DNA of 64,000 nt from an uncultured Actinomycetes bacterium (GCA_963771385.1 CAVYTE010000012.1:219194-283193), one strand, 5' to 3'; shown: positions 36,530-47,808, counted from the first letter of the stretch. Numbers and translations: made by a program. Notes: a model not told the origin generated them from the letters alone.

Positions 36530-37852
36530 TCAGAGGGATCGGCCGTTGGATGCCCGACCGGTGCCGTAGTAGACGAAGCCCGATCGCGCCATCTCGGCGG
36601 GGTCGAACAGGTTCCGCCCATCCACGACGATCGGGTGCGCGAGGAGCTCCCTCGCTCTCTCGAGGTCGAGAGCTTGGAACTCGTCCCACTCGGTGCACAC
36701 GACCATGCAATGAGCTCCCTCGAGGGCGTCGTACACGGTGGGAGCGACATCCAACTCGGGCAGCTCGCTCTTCGCGTTGGCTCCGGCCTCTGGGTCGTAT
36801 CCGACCACGCTGGCGTCCTCGTCGATCAGCCTTCGAGCGAGCGTCAGGGCCGGGGAAAGGCGCACGTCGTCCGTCTTCGGCTTGAAGGAGAGCCCGAGCA
36901 GGGCGATGCGTTTGTCCTCGAGGTTCCAGAGCGCATCTCTGATCTTGTTGACGGCCGCGGTGATCGCTTCGTCGTTGATGCGCTCCACCTCGCGAAGGAG
37001 CCGGAAGTCGTACCCGAGGCGAGCCGCGAGCCGGTCGAACGCCTGGAGATCCTTCGGGAAGCAGTAGCCTCCCCAGCCGAGCCCCGCGTCGAGGAACGCC
37101 CTGCCGATGCGCGGATCGCTCCCCATCACCTCCGCGACCGCCGTCACATCGGCGTCCGCTCGCTCGCACAGGCGCGCGAGGGCGTTGACGTACGAGATCT
37201 TCAGAGCGAGGAATGCGTTGGAGGCATGCTTGGCCAATTCCGCGGTCTCGATGTCCGTCTCGATCAACCGGGCTCCACCCTCGATCAAGGGGGCGTAGAG
37301 TCGCCGCATCGCATCGAAGCCTCGCTCGGAGCGGGCACCGACGAGGATGCGGTCCGGATGGAAGGAGTTCTCCACGGCCTGACCTTCCTGCAGGAACTCC
37401 GGGTTGGAGACGACCTCGATCTCGTGCGTCAGGTCCGGGCGCTCCAGCGTCAACACCTGACGCAGCCGATGCGCCGTCCCCGCCGGAACCGTCGACTTCT
37501 CCGCCACGACGACTGGCCCCGAGAGGTGGCGGGCGACCGCGCGCGCGGAGCGCTCGACGGCGACGACGCTGGCCTCACCGGAGGCCTTCGCGGGTGTTCC
37601 GACACAGATGAACACGACCTCCGCGCCGGGCACGGCATCGCTCGGCTCGACCATGAAACGCAGGGTTCCGGCCGAGGCCCCCTGGTCGATGAGCTCCGTG
37701 AGGCCGGGCTCGAAGAACGGGCTGATGCCCTGCGCGAGCCGGCCGACCTTCTCGTCGTCCTCGTCGATCCCGATGACATCGTGCCCGAGCGCGGAAAGCG
37801 TAGCCGCACTGAGCAACCCAACGTGACCGGTTCCGACGACGACGACTCGCAT
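36530..37852 (-). CDS. ugd: UDP-glucose/GDP-mannose 6-dehydrogenase
   Basis: [46 protein letters not shown]. Confidence 0.93.
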   Translation of the reverse strand: MRVVVVGTGHVGLLSAATLSALGHDVIGIDEDDEKVGRLAQGISPFFEPGLTELIDQGASAGTLRFMVEPSDAVPGAEVVFICVGTPAKASGEASVVAVERSARAVARHLSGPVVVAEKSTVPAGTAHRLRQVLTLERPDLTHEIEVVSNPEFLQEGQAVENSFHPDRILVGARSERGFDAMRRLYAPLIEGGARLIETDIETAELAKHASNAFLALKISYVNALARLCERADADVTAVAEVMGSDPRIGRAFLDAGLGWGGYCFPKDLQAFDRLAARLGYDFRLLREVERINDEAITAAVNKIRDALWNLEDKRIALLGLSFKPKTDDVRLSPALTLARRLIDEDASVVGYDPEAGANAKSELPELDVAPTVYDALEGAHCMVVCTEWDEFQALDLERARELLAHPIVVDGRNLFDPAEMARSGFVYYGTGRASNGRSL

Positions 37853-37961
37853 CCGACCTCCTGCTGATCGCGCCTGGATGGCCATGGTATCGGCCTGAGG
37901 GCGAGATGGCTTCGCCTGGTTCGCCGCGCAGCCCATGCGTAGCCATGTGTGCCTGGATGGG

Positions 37962-37991
37962 TTGCGAAAAACGCGCTGCGCGTTCTACCCT
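37962..37991 (+). promoter_or_regulatory. Putative sigma70 promoter with palindromic spacer
   Basis: TTGCGA-18 nt-TACCCT; spacer holds AACGCGC-T-GCGCGTT. Confidence 0.5.
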
Positions 37992-38243
37992 GGCTTCCCC
38001 GGTGTTTGCGGTAGGGACACCGCGGGAAGATTTGATCCGACGGGCGCGCGACCTGTCCATCGCTTCGACGGAGGTCGGTCATCGCAACCTTCCCCCTTGA
38101 TCGCCGTTCCGTACCGCAGGGAGCGTTCAGGCCCCTGGGAGGACCAGACACGACCGGGGCGCGATGCTCGTGAGGAGCCGCCACGACTCGCGTGCCGGAG
38201 GCCATCGTCCGTTCTGCATGCTTCCGAGCCAGAGGATGAACGC

Positions 38244-39767
38244 ATGACGAGCCGCGAAACACAGGCCAGAGTCCCGAGAGAATTCGTCGTTGTCCCCGAC
38301 GTCGACGATCGGGGCGCGGTCGATCTCTCGTCCGTCGTCGAGGGCGTCGATGGCCGGATCCTGGACTTCGCCGGCCTGCGGGTCGGCACGAGCGCTCTTC
38401 GTCGCTATCGACTGGTCGGCCTCTTCCTGATCCCGCTCGACATCCTGTGTCTGGCCACCGCGCTGCTCGTCGCGCACGCCCTTCGGTTCGATTCCCTCCC
38501 GGATTGGGAATACCTGGTCCAGGTCGCATGGGCGGGTCTCTTGTGGCCCGCAGTGTTCCACGGGCTCGGGCTCTATGCCCCCCAGAACCTCTCTGGACTC
38601 GAAGAGTTCCGCCGTACCGCGGCCGCCGTGGTGATCGGGATCGTGGTACTGATCCTGCTGGCGTTCTGGTCCGACGTGTATGTCTCTCGCTCGTGGATGG
38701 CGATCACGCTCGTCATCGCGTTGGTCCTTGAGCTCGCGATGAGGATGCTCGTCAGGACGTATGTCGCCCACCTTCGTGCGACCGATTCGTTGACGCTCCG
38801 AACGCTCGTGATCGGCAGCCAGGATCAGGTGAAAGAGCCCATCGAATTGTTGGGGAGGAAGGGTTCCGGATACCTGCCGATGGCATGGCTCGACGCGAAC
38901 AACCCGATCCTTGCGCCAGGGAGTATCTCCCCCGCTGACCGGGTGAGACGTCTGCGGATCGTGTTCCGGCATTATCGCGCCGATTGCATCTTCATGGCCT
39001 CGACCACGATGGGGCCCAAACAGACGTTCGCCCTCATGCAGGCTGCCCGACTGGAGGGGGTCGTCGTGAGGATCTACACCCACCTTTCGGGCGTATGGGC
39101 CTCGCGACTGACGGCACAGCCCCTCGGCCGCGAGGGCGTCGCCCTGACGATCAGGCCTGCGGGACTCTCGACTTCCCAACGTTTCATCAAGCGCAGCATG
39201 GACATCCTCCTGGCCATGATCGCCTTGATCCTCTTCTCGCCGATCCTGCTGCTGGCGGCGATCGCAGTGATGGTGACCTCTGCGGGCCCGGTGCTCTTCC
39301 GTCAAGAACGCGTTACCGAGGGCGCACGGACGTTCGTCATGTACAAGTTCCGCACGATGACCAGCGAGGCGGAGCAGGAAGCCCAAGAAGGCAGGATCGA
39401 CACGTCGGCACCCTTCTTCAAACTCAAAGAGGACCCTCGACTGACGAAGGTCGGGAAGGTGCTCCGCAGATGGAGCCTCGACGAGCTGCCACAGCTGTTC
39501 AACGTGCTCCTCGGCGACATGAGCCTGGTCGGCCCTCGTCCACTCCCCGCCGAACAGGTGTCAGCCAACATCGAGCTGCTCGGCCCCAGGCACGAGGTTC
39601 GATCAGGCATCACCGGTTGGTGGCAGATCCAGGGGCGGTCGGACCTGGATCACGAGGAGGCGATCCGCATGGATCACTTCTATATCGAGAACTGGTCCCC
39701 CGCGCTCGACGCGTACATCATGCTCAGGACCGTGAGAGCGCTGTTGTCGCGCAAGGGTGCGTACTGA
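38244..39767 (+). CDS. Priming polyprenyl-phosphate sugar-1-phosphate transferase (WcaJ/RfbP type)
   Basis: N-terminal TMs; KRSMDI, FRQERV, YKFRTM, DPRLTKVG, LDELPQL, SLVGPRP, GITGWWQI. Confidence 0.93.
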   Translation: MTSRETQARVPREFVVVPDVDDRGAVDLSSVVEGVDGRILDFAGLRVGTSALRRYRLVGLFLIPLDILCLATALLVAHALRFDSLPDWEYLVQVAWAGLLWPAVFHGLGLYAPQNLSGLEEFRRTAAAVVIGIVVLILLAFWSDVYVSRSWMAITLVIALVLELAMRMLVRTYVAHLRATDSLTLRTLVIGSQDQVKEPIELLGRKGSGYLPMAWLDANNPILAPGSISPADRVRRLRIVFRHYRADCIFMASTTMGPKQTFALMQAARLEGVVVRIYTHLSGVWASRLTAQPLGREGVALTIRPAGLSTSQRFIKRSMDILLAMIALILFSPILLLAAIAVMVTSAGPVLFRQERVTEGARTFVMYKFRTMTSEAEQEAQEGRIDTSAPFFKLKEDPRLTKVGKVLRRWSLDELPQLFNVLLGDMSLVGPRPLPAEQVSANIELLGPRHEVRSGITGWWQIQGRSDLDHEEAIRMDHFYIENWSPALDAYIMLRTVRALLSRKGAY

Positions 39768-39804
39768 TCGGCGTCATCGGCGCCTCTACGGGAGGTGTGA
39801 CACG

Positions 39805-40797
39805 ATGAACAAGAAGGCGGTTGTCGCAGGCGCCGGCGGCTTCATCGGCCATCACTTGGTCAAGTTCCTGAAAGCCGAGGGCTACTGGGTCCGCGGGGTT
39901 GACGTGAAGCCGCCAGGATACGAGCAGACCGAGGCGGATGAGTTCGAGCTCCTCGATCTCCGCCGATGGCGATCCTGCCTTCGGGCCACTTCGGGAGTTG
40001 ACGAGGTCTATCAGCTCGCCGCCGACATGGGGGGCATCGGATACATCAGCGACAACCATGCCGACGTTGCTCGGAACAACGTGCTGATCGATGTGAATAT
40101 GCTCGAGGCCGCCTACGAGAGTGGGGCAGGCCGCTACTTCTACTCATCCTCTGCGTGCATCTATCCGCAGTATCTGCAGACGGAGTCCGACGTCGCCCCC
40201 TTACGGGAGGAAGACGCGTACCCTGCGGATCCTGAGGAAGGATACGGCTGGGAGAAGCTCTACTCGGAGAAGCTCTGCGAGTACTACACCTCGGACAAGG
40301 GTTTGGAGACCAGGGTTGCCCGCTTCCACAATGCCTATGGTCCGTACGGCACGTTTGAGGGCGGTCGGGAGAAGGCACCCGCGGCGGTGTGTCGCAAAGT
40401 CGCGCTGGCCCAGGACGGCGGCGAACTCGAGGTCTGGGGCGATGGGAAGCAGACGCGCTCGTTCATGTACGTCGACGATTGCGTCGAGGGCATCCATCGC
40501 ATCGCGATGTCAGACCACTCCGCGCCTCTGAATCTCGGAACCGACGTGATGGTCAGCGTCGACGAGCTGTGTGATCTGGTGTGCGACATCGCTGGGAAGC
40601 GCTTGCATAAGCGCCACGACACGAGCAAGCCTCAGGGGGTTCGCGGTCGCAACAGCGACAACGCCCTCCTCACGTCGGTGCTCGGCTGGCAGCCTCGCGT
40701 CTCGCTCCGAGATGGGCTCGAGGCGACGTACCGGTGGATCGAAGGTGAGCTCAAGAACCAGGCGCGGACCCCGGCGGTTGCCACTGCGGAGGTCTGA
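39805..40797 (+). CDS. GDP-mannose 3,5-epimerase-like SDR
   Basis: GAGGFIG, LAADMGGIGYI, YSSSACIYP, YGWEKL, RFHNAYGPYGT..GGREKAPAAVCRK, WGDGKQTRSF, GVRGRNSDN. Confidence 0.88.
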   Translation: MNKKAVVAGAGGFIGHHLVKFLKAEGYWVRGVDVKPPGYEQTEADEFELLDLRRWRSCLRATSGVDEVYQLAADMGGIGYISDNHADVARNNVLIDVNMLEAAYESGAGRYFYSSSACIYPQYLQTESDVAPLREEDAYPADPEEGYGWEKLYSEKLCEYYTSDKGLETRVARFHNAYGPYGTFEGGREKAPAAVCRKVALAQDGGELEVWGDGKQTRSFMYVDDCVEGIHRIAMSDHSAPLNLGTDVMVSVDELCDLVCDIAGKRLHKRHDTSKPQGVRGRNSDNALLTSVLGWQPRVSLRDGLEATYRWIEGELKNQARTPAVATAEV

Positions 40798-40801
40798 CGC
40801 G

Positions 40802-41596
40802 TTGGCGCGCAACGCTCTTGAGGGTGGGGCGAGGACGGCCCTCCTTCACCGTTTCCTCGTCCTCGGCGTTCCCATCGCGGCCGTGCAGATCCCCGATGTC
40901 GTCGGGATGATCCGTGCATGGGTCGGCGAGCGGCAGGGATGCAGAGCCATCGCGGTAACGGGCATGCACGGTGTGACCGAGGCGCAGCGCGATCCTGCGT
41001 TCAAGCGGATCCTGAACGATGCCGACCTCGTCGTCCCCGACGGGATGCCGCTGGTATGGCTGGGGCGCATGCACGGATCCGAACTTCCTCGGCGCGTGTA
41101 CGGTCCCGAGCTTCTCGAGGCGTTCTGTCGTCAAACCGGCGACGGATTCCGGCACTTCTTCTACGGAGGAGCACCGGGGGTGCCGGAACGCCTCTCGCGG
41201 ATCCTGCACGCTCGCTATGGGATCCGTGTCGCCGGAACGCTCTCGCCCCCCTTCCGGCCGCTCAGCTCCGACGAGAGCGCGGAGCACGTTCGCCGGATCA
41301 ACGACTCGCAACCGGATGTCCTGTGGGTCGGGCTGAGCACGCCGAAGCAGGAACGGTGGATGAACGATCACCGTGCCGCCCTGGAGGTCCCCGTCGTGGT
41401 GGGCGTCGGCGCCGCGTTCGATTTCGTGTCCGGGACCAAGCGTTCGGCACCTGCCTGGATGCAGGAACGCGGCCTGGAGTGGTTGTTCCGGCTGCTGAGC
41501 GAGCCCACCCGGCTGTGGCGAAGGTACCTTGTCGGTGGGTCGCAGTTCCTCTACTGGTTGGTGCTCGAACGCCTCCGATTGAGAGACTTCGGATGA
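40802..41596 (+). CDS. WecB/TagA/CpsF family glycosyltransferase (start approximate)
   Basis: ADLVVPDGMP, RVYGPEL, HFFYGG, VGLSTPKQE, GVGAAFDF, GLEWLFRL.SEP.RLWRRY. Confidence 0.92.
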   Translation: MARNALEGGARTALLHRFLVLGVPIAAVQIPDVVGMIRAWVGERQGCRAIAVTGMHGVTEAQRDPAFKRILNDADLVVPDGMPLVWLGRMHGSELPRRVYGPELLEAFCRQTGDGFRHFFYGGAPGVPERLSRILHARYGIRVAGTLSPPFRPLSSDESAEHVRRINDSQPDVLWVGLSTPKQERWMNDHRAALEVPVVVGVGAAFDFVSGTKRSAPAWMQERGLEWLFRLLSEPTRLWRRYLVGGSQFLYWLVLERLRLRDFG

Positions 41597-41643
41597 GCAG
41601 GAGCCGGGCGCGGTCCGCCTCTCGGGAAGGGTGGGGCCGCGCG

Positions 41644-42449
41644 GTGAACGTCGGCATCCTCGCCGGAGGGCTCGGACTCGCGCCTCGCGGAGGAGACCGA
41701 GGTCCGGCCGAAGCCGATGGTGGAGGTCGGGGGCAAGCCCATCCTGTGGCACATCATGCGCCACTACCTCCGACACGGGTTCGATCACTTCGTTCTCGCG
41801 CTCGGATACAAGGGCGAGCACATCAAGCGCTACATCGTCGACTACTACACCTATAACGACGCGAACCTCACGGTCGACATGCACAACGGTGGAGTGGAGA
41901 CATCGAGAGCCGCCGGAACCGTCTCCGAGGCCTGGACGGTTGAACTCGTCGAGACGGGGGAGATGACCGAGACGGGCGCTCGGATCAAGCGGATCTCTCC
42001 GTACCTCGGGAAACGGGACGTTCATGCTCACGTACGGCGATGGCGTATCGAACGTGGATCTGTCGAAGCTCCTGGAGTTCCATCGCTCGCACGGACGGCT
42101 GGCCACCATGACGGTCGTGCATCCCCCAGCCCGGTTCGGCAGGGTCGAGCTCGAGGGCACCGAGGTCGTGCGATTCGCCGAGAAGCCTCAGTTCGCCGGC
42201 GAGCACGGCCCCCAGGTGGGAGAGGGATGGATCAACGGGGGGTTCTTCGTCCTCGAGCCCGGGATCACGGACTACATCGACGACGACGCGACGACCAAGT
42301 GGGAGCTGGCCCCCCTGGAGCGACTCGCCAAGGAGGGCGAGCTCATGGCGTTCCGTCACTCCGGCTTCTGGCAATGCATGGACACCCAGCGAGACAGGAA
42401 GCTGCTGGAGACGCTATGGAACGACGGCGAACCGCCCTGGACGATCTGA
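41644..42449 (+). CDS. rfbF: Glucose-1-phosphate cytidylyltransferase (frameshifted)
   Basis: ILAGG.G.R, PKPMVEVGGKPILWHIM, ALGYKG, TYGDG, INGGFF, GFWQCMDT. Confidence 0.92.
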
Positions 42450-42450
42450 C

Positions 42451-43545
42451 GTGCGCGTTCTGGTCACCGGCCACGACGGCTACATCGGCAGCGTCCTCAC
42501 GGGAGTCGCTGCAGGATGCCGGCCACGACGTCGCCGGCCTCGATTCGTTCCTGTTCCGGGGCTGCACGCTCGGGCCCGAGCCCGAGGCGGTCCCGGCGCA
42601 TCGCCTCGACGTCAGGGACGCCGATGTGGACGACCTTCGTGGGCTTCGGGGCGATCGTCCATCTGGCGGCGATCTCGAACGATCCCGTCGGTCACCTCGA
42701 TCCGGCGCGAACGTACGAGATCAATCACATCGGCGTCGGTCTGGCTCGGCCGGCTCGCGAAGCAGGCCGGCGTGGAACGTTTCGTCTTCGCGTCGTCGTG
42801 CAGTCTGTACGGCGCGGCCTCGCAGATGCCTGCTGACGGAGACCGCGCCGTTCCAGCCCGTCTCACCGTACGGGCGAATCCAAGGTGCTTGCCGAACGGG
42901 ACCTCTCGACGCTCGCCGACGACGACTTCAGCCCGATCTTCCTTCGGAACGCCACCGTCTACGGCTACTCGCCTCGGCTCCGGCTCGACCTCGTGGTGAA
43001 CGACCTCGTCGCCACCGCGTTCACGACGGGCGAAGTGATGATCAAGAGCGACGGCACCCCCTGGCGACCCCTGGTCGCACGTCGAAGACGTGGCTGGGGC
43101 GTGCGCTCGCCGCGATCGAGGCTCCCCGCGAGACCGTTCACAACGAGGCCTTCAACATCGGAGCGACGAAGGAGAACTACCAGGTTCGCGACCTCGCGGA
43201 GATCGTCACGAGATCGTGCCGGGAAGTCGAGTGACGTACGCCGAGGGAGGAGGTCCCGACACGCGCTGCTATCGGGTGGACTTCTCCAAGGCGGAGGACG
43301 GGCTCCCAGGCTTCGAGCCCAGATGGACAGTTCCGGACGGGGTCCACCAGCTCGTCGAGGCCTACCGGCGCCACGGACTGACCGCAGACGCCCTCACCTC
43401 GCCTCGGTTCGTCCGCCTTCGCAGGATCCAGGAACTCATGCGTTCCGGTCGGTTGGGATCCTCTCTTCGCTGGTCGGACAGTGGGCGGTCCTCGGATCGG
43501 ACCGCGTCGTTCGCCAGCCGGCTCGACGGATCGAGGAGCGAGTGA
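42451..43545 (+). CDS. NAD-dependent sugar epimerase/dehydratase (frameshifted)
   Basis: VTGHDGYIG, HLAAISNDP, FASSCSLYG, LRNATVYG.SPRLRLDLVVN, SDGTPWRP. Confidence 0.88.
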
Positions 43546-44468
43546 CAACCGGCTTGGACGTCCTTCGAGCGGTGCCGGTGCGGGTCGGGAACGCTCTCTA
43601 CAGGGCCATCTGGGCTCTGTGGGCACGAACGCCGATCCATCGGGTCGCGAACGCGTTGATCGAGCGGCTCCCCGCCGGCCCCCGCGGCTGGATCGAGCGT
43701 CACAAGCGTGCGATGCGCGGGTGGCAGACCGGCCTCCGGCTTCGGCTCGTCCAAGGGCAGGAGCCGTCGCTCGTGCCGGCGCGTGCGCTCGAGCGTTCCT
43801 ACCGAGAGGCGTTGCGACTTCTCGCGACCGGTTCGACACGGGAGGACGTGGGCGACTATCTGGAGTTCGGCGTCTACGTCGGGACCTCACTCATGTGCAT
43901 GCACCGCGCGAGCCGTGCGGTCGGGCTTCCGCTTCGCCTGTTTGGGTTCGATTCATTCCAGGGCCTTCCCGAAGAGGCGTCGCTGGAGCGAGGACTCGGC
44001 TTCAAGCCCGGGTGGTTCCATGCGGAGTACGACGTGGTTCGGGAACATCTCACGCGATCCGGCATCGATTGGGACCGGACCGTGCTCGTGCCCGGCTGGT
44101 ATGAGGACACGCTCCGTCCGGACCTCGCGAAGCAGCTGGGGATCGAGAAAGCCAGCATCATCATGATCGACTGCGACATCTACTCGTCCACGCGCTTCGC
44201 GCTCGCCTTCTGCGCGCCGCTGATCCGGGATCGAGCAGTCATCTTCTTCGATGATTGGCCAGGTGATGGGCCAGAGGCTCGGGGACTTGGCGAACGACGG
44301 GCGTTCGAGGAGCTCTTGGCGGACGATCCGCATCTGGCAGCCGAAGAGCTCCAGCCGTATGGCCCGAAGCAGAGAGTCTTCCTGGTGACCCGGACCGACG
44401 TCTCCAGCGCAACGGTATCCGGCCGGACGCTCGCCGCCGAGGAAGGCGCGAGCCCGACGCACGGATGA
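43542..44468 (+). CDS. TylF/MycF family O-methyltransferase
   Basis: GDYLEFGVY.G.S, GFDSFQGLP, GWYEDTL, IDCDIYSS, FFDDW. Confidence 0.88.
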   Translation: MTTGLDVLRAVPVRVGNALYRAIWALWARTPIHRVANALIERLPAGPRGWIERHKRAMRGWQTGLRLRLVQGQEPSLVPARALERSYREALRLLATGSTREDVGDYLEFGVYVGTSLMCMHRASRAVGLPLRLFGFDSFQGLPEEASLERGLGFKPGWFHAEYDVVREHLTRSGIDWDRTVLVPGWYEDTLRPDLAKQLGIEKASIIMIDCDIYSSTRFALAFCAPLIRDRAVIFFDDWPGDGPEARGLGERRAFEELLADDPHLAAEELQPYGPKQRVFLVTRTDVSSATVSGRTLAAEEGASPTHG

Positions 44469-45745
44469 ACATGTCGTCGGACGTCCGTTGCCGGTCGTGC
44501 GGGGCGTTGGGTCTGCGTACGTTCCTATCGCTCGGGGAGATGCCGCTCACGGATGCATACGTGCAGCCGGAGCGCGCAGATGAGCCCGAGCCCCGATTCC
44601 CCCTCGACGTGGCTTTCTGCTCAACCTGTTACCTCGTTCAGATCCTTCATGCCGTTCCGCCCGAGCGGATCTTCCTCGAGTACTCGTACTACTCCTCCAT
44701 GTCCCGGATGCTCCTCGATCACTCACGTGCTCATGCACAGGAGCTCGTCGCCGCTCGAGGCCTCGGGCCGGACAGCCTGGTCGTCGAGGTCGCGAGCAAC
44801 GACGGCTATCTGTTGCAGAATTTCGTCAATGCCGGTATCCCCGTACTCGGCATCGATCCGGCCCTCGGACCGGCTCGAGCCGCGGAGGCGATCGGCATCG
44901 CCACGTTGCAGGAGTTCTTCACGCTGGAGCTTGCCACGCGGTTGCGATCCGAAGGCAGCCAAGCCGATGTCCTGCTCGCGAACAACGTGCTCGCCCACGT
45001 CCCGGACCCGAACGACTTCGTCGCAGGGATCTCGATGATCCTGGACGACGACGGTATCGTCGAGATCGAAGCTCCGTACATGAAGGATCTGATCGACAAC
45101 CTCGAGTTCGACACCATCTACCATGAGCACCTCTCGTACTTCTCCGTGACGGCCGCGAGATCCCTCTTCGAGCGCCACGGCTTGTCGCTCAACCACCTCC
45201 GACACTTCCCGATCCACGGTGGGACCTTCCGATTCACCCTCGGGAAGCGGCAAGAGGTCTCAGACGCCGTCCAGGCGCTGCTTATCGAAGATCGAGCTGC
45301 GGGCTTGACTGGCTTCGACTACTTCCGAGACTTCGGGGTGAGGGTGAGCCGCCTTCAGAGGCAGCTCCGGGAACTGCTCGGCGAGTTGCAAGCAGCGGGG
45401 AAACGGATCGCGGGATATGGCGCGGCGGCTAAAGGCACGATCCTGCTCAACTCGTCAGGTATCGGATCGGACCTGATCGACTTCGTGGCCGACAGAAGCC
45501 CCCACAAACAGGGGAAGCTCATACCCGGCGTGCGGATCCCCATCAGCCCACCCGAGCGCATCATCACGGAGATGCCCGACTACGTTCTCCTCCTCGCGTG
45601 GAACCTCAAGGACGAGATCGTCAGGCAGGAGTCCTCATACCTGGAGAGGGGTGGCAGGTTCATCGTCCCCATCCCTCGTCCGGTCGTGTTCGGACGAGAG
45701 AGCATCGGGGAGACTTCGAACGGCCCGCAGCTCACGACAACCTGA
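44465..45745 (+). CDS. NDP-sugar C-methyltransferase family (Zn-binding N-terminus)
   Basis: CRSCG...CSTC, EVASNDGYLL, NNVLAHVP, FDTIYHEH, HGG, YGAAAKG, LLAWN, FIVPIP. Confidence 0.92.
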   Translation: MNMSSDVRCRSCGALGLRTFLSLGEMPLTDAYVQPERADEPEPRFPLDVAFCSTCYLVQILHAVPPERIFLEYSYYSSMSRMLLDHSRAHAQELVAARGLGPDSLVVEVASNDGYLLQNFVNAGIPVLGIDPALGPARAAEAIGIATLQEFFTLELATRLRSEGSQADVLLANNVLAHVPDPNDFVAGISMILDDDGIVEIEAPYMKDLIDNLEFDTIYHEHLSYFSVTAARSLFERHGLSLNHLRHFPIHGGTFRFTLGKRQEVSDAVQALLIEDRAAGLTGFDYFRDFGVRVSRLQRQLRELLGELQAAGKRIAGYGAAAKGTILLNSSGIGSDLIDFVADRSPHKQGKLIPGVRIPISPPERIITEMPDYVLLLAWNLKDEIVRQESSYLERGGRFIVPIPRPVVFGRESIGETSNGPQLTTT

Positions 45746-45786
45746 TCCTCCTTCCCCCGATCGATCGGCCCGGAGTCTCGGCGATG

Positions 45787-47205
45787 TCACGCCGTCACAG
45801 GCGTGCTCACGACGGCCACAAGACCTCCTTCGACTCCGAGCCATCCGAGGATGCCCGCGGCGATCTCGCGCCAGATGAAGACGGCCCAGGACATCGAGAG
45901 GATCGCGGCATCTCGGTGTCCAAACCGTTCGTCCTGTTCACGCCGAAGACGGTCGACGACTCTTCCCTGTGGGAGCTCGACATCGTCGTAGCTCACTGGA
46001 GCGTCGCGCGCGATGCTTGTTGTCACGGTACAGTTCTCGGCGAGGCCCATCGGCAGAAGCCCTTGCGCCGCAGCTATCTCGGCGTTCTCCGCGATGCCGT
46101 ACGTGGTGTAACCGCCGATGCCATCGAGCCGATCGCCCTCCTTGAGATCCACCTTCGCTGCCGTGATGACATCGACGCTCGGAGCCCCCCGCGCGGCGAT
46201 CGCGGCATCATCGAACAGCACGGCTCGGGCAACGGTGGTCGGAACCTCGAAGTGACACAGGTGGTAGGGGGTGTAGAAGCAGTAGAGCGGCCCCTCCCCC
46301 AGCTTGTACAGGTTCAAGTAGTGCCGTTGCGTGGGGTGGTCCATGGTGCCCAGAACGAACACGCCGGGACTCGGTGACGCTCCCACGATGTAGTCGACGA
46401 TGCCCGGTCCGTCGAGCAGCTTCTCCAATGGGTAGAGGCTGACAGCCTCCTCGAGCGCGGTCCCCGGTTCGACGCGGGGGCCGAGCATCCCTCTGCGTGC
46501 GACGCGCATCCCAGTCGCATTCGCCACGATGGCCTGTTCGAACGAGATCTTCGTCCCGTCGGCGAAGGACGTGACCATGGACGGGTTCTGCCCCCATCGC
46601 TGAGCAAAGGTCGCTTGGGTGGAAGGGTTTCGGTGCGGGTCGTGAAGCCCCTTGATGTTGCCGCACATGACGGGCCGCACGCCGATCCCACGGACGAAGC
46701 GATAGAGATTCATGATGACGCCCGGTTGATCTCCGTCGGCGTTCGTCAAGATGACACCAGATCGGTCGGCGCGCTCTTTCAGGATGGCTCCGGTGGTTCC
46801 GTCGAGCTCTGCGTTCATCAGCACGACGTGCTTACCGTGCTCGATGGCCTCGAGCGCGACCCCAGCAGCGAATTCGACCGCTCCGGTGACCTCGATGATG
46901 GCGTCGACGCCTTCCGTTCTGCACAGAAGCGCGGCGTCCTCCGTGATGGCTGGCTGCCCACGCCCGATCGCGCGACCCATACCCGTCGCATCGTTCACAA
47001 CCACCGCGTCGACCCCCGCGTCATCGTAGGCGCGCCTGGCGTGTTCGATCGTCCGGTTCGCGATGGCGACCAGTTCCATCCCCCTCGTTGCCTGCACGAT
47101 CTGAAGGGCGATCGCTCGCCCCATGAACCCGGCGCCGACCATCCCGACGCGGATCGGATCCCCGGACAGATGACGTTCCTCCAAAGCCGCATCGACGATG
47201 ATCAC
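45787..47205 (-). CDS. NAD(P)-dependent oxidoreductase with C-terminal SAF domain
   Basis: GAGFMG, NAELDGT, DGDQPG, FADGTK, YTPYHLCHFE, AKVDL..GDRLDGIGG, LPMGLA. Confidence 0.88.
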   Translation of the reverse strand: MIIVDAALEERHLSGDPIRVGMVGAGFMGRAIALQIVQATRGMELVAIANRTIEHARRAYDDAGVDAVVVNDATGMGRAIGRGQPAITEDAALLCRTEGVDAIIEVTGAVEFAAGVALEAIEHGKHVVLMNAELDGTTGAILKERADRSGVILTNADGDQPGVIMNLYRFVRGIGVRPVMCGNIKGLHDPHRNPSTQATFAQRWGQNPSMVTSFADGTKISFEQAIVANATGMRVARRGMLGPRVEPGTALEEAVSLYPLEKLLDGPGIVDYIVGASPSPGVFVLGTMDHPTQRHYLNLYKLGEGPLYCFYTPYHLCHFEVPTTVARAVLFDDAAIAARGAPSVDVITAAKVDLKEGDRLDGIGGYTTYGIAENAEIAAAQGLLPMGLAENCTVTTSIARDAPVSYDDVELPQGRVVDRLRREQDERFGHRDAAILSMSWAVFIWREIAAGILGWLGVEGGLVAVVSTPVTA

Positions 47206-47224
47206 ACGGGACCTCCTCCTCGCG

Positions 47225-47758
47225 TCAGTCCATGAAATCCGGCCAACTCCGGTCCTTGTCGGAGATCACGCTCGGATCACCGAGCGGCCAGTGGATGCCG
47301 AAGGCGGGATCGTTCCATCTCACACCCGCTTCCGCACCCGGGGCGTAGAACTCGGACACCATGTAGAAGGTCTCGGTGTCGTCCTCCAGCGTTTGAAAGC
47401 CGTGCGCGAAACCAGGCGGCACATACAGCATCCTGCGGTTGTCCGAACTGAGCTCGACGCCGACCCACTGCCTGTACGACGCAGACTCTGGGCGAAGGTC
47501 GACGATGACGTCGAAGAGCGAACCCCGGATACATCGGATCTGTTTGACTTCTTCATGCGGCGACCGCTGGAAATGCATGCCTCTCAGGGTTCCCTTGCGG
47601 GTGTTGAAGGAGACGTTGCATTGTGCGATCCGTGTTTCGAGGCCTTTCTCGGCGAACTCGTTCGAGTCCCACGCCCGTGCGAAGGACCCCCGAGCGTCCT
47701 CGATGGTCTCGAGCTCGACGACGTAGGCACCCTGCAACTCCGTACGCGTGAAGCGCAT
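47225..47758 (-). CDS. rfbC: NDP-4-keto-6-deoxyhexose 3,5-epimerase (RmlC cupin)
   Basis: DARGSFAR, GTLRGMHFQ, DVIVDLR, PGFAHGF, RWNDP, SDKD. Confidence 0.92.
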   Translation of the reverse strand: MRFTRTELQGAYVVELETIEDARGSFARAWDSNEFAEKGLETRIAQCNVSFNTRKGTLRGMHFQRSPHEEVKQIRCIRGSLFDVIVDLRPESASYRQWVGVELSSDNRRMLYVPPGFAHGFQTLEDDTETFYMVSEFYAPGAEAGVRWNDPAFGIHWPLGDPSVISDKDRSWPDFMD

Positions 47759-47808
47759 CTTGTCGACCCGTTGTTCAACTCGATGTATCGCGGGAATGGC
47801 GTATACCG

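Noticed and set aside
45787-45915. Hydrophobic C-terminal extension on the SAF oxidoreductase as a membrane anchor
   Set aside because: It may be read-through caused by an indel near the true stop; this cannot be supported without reads or homologs.
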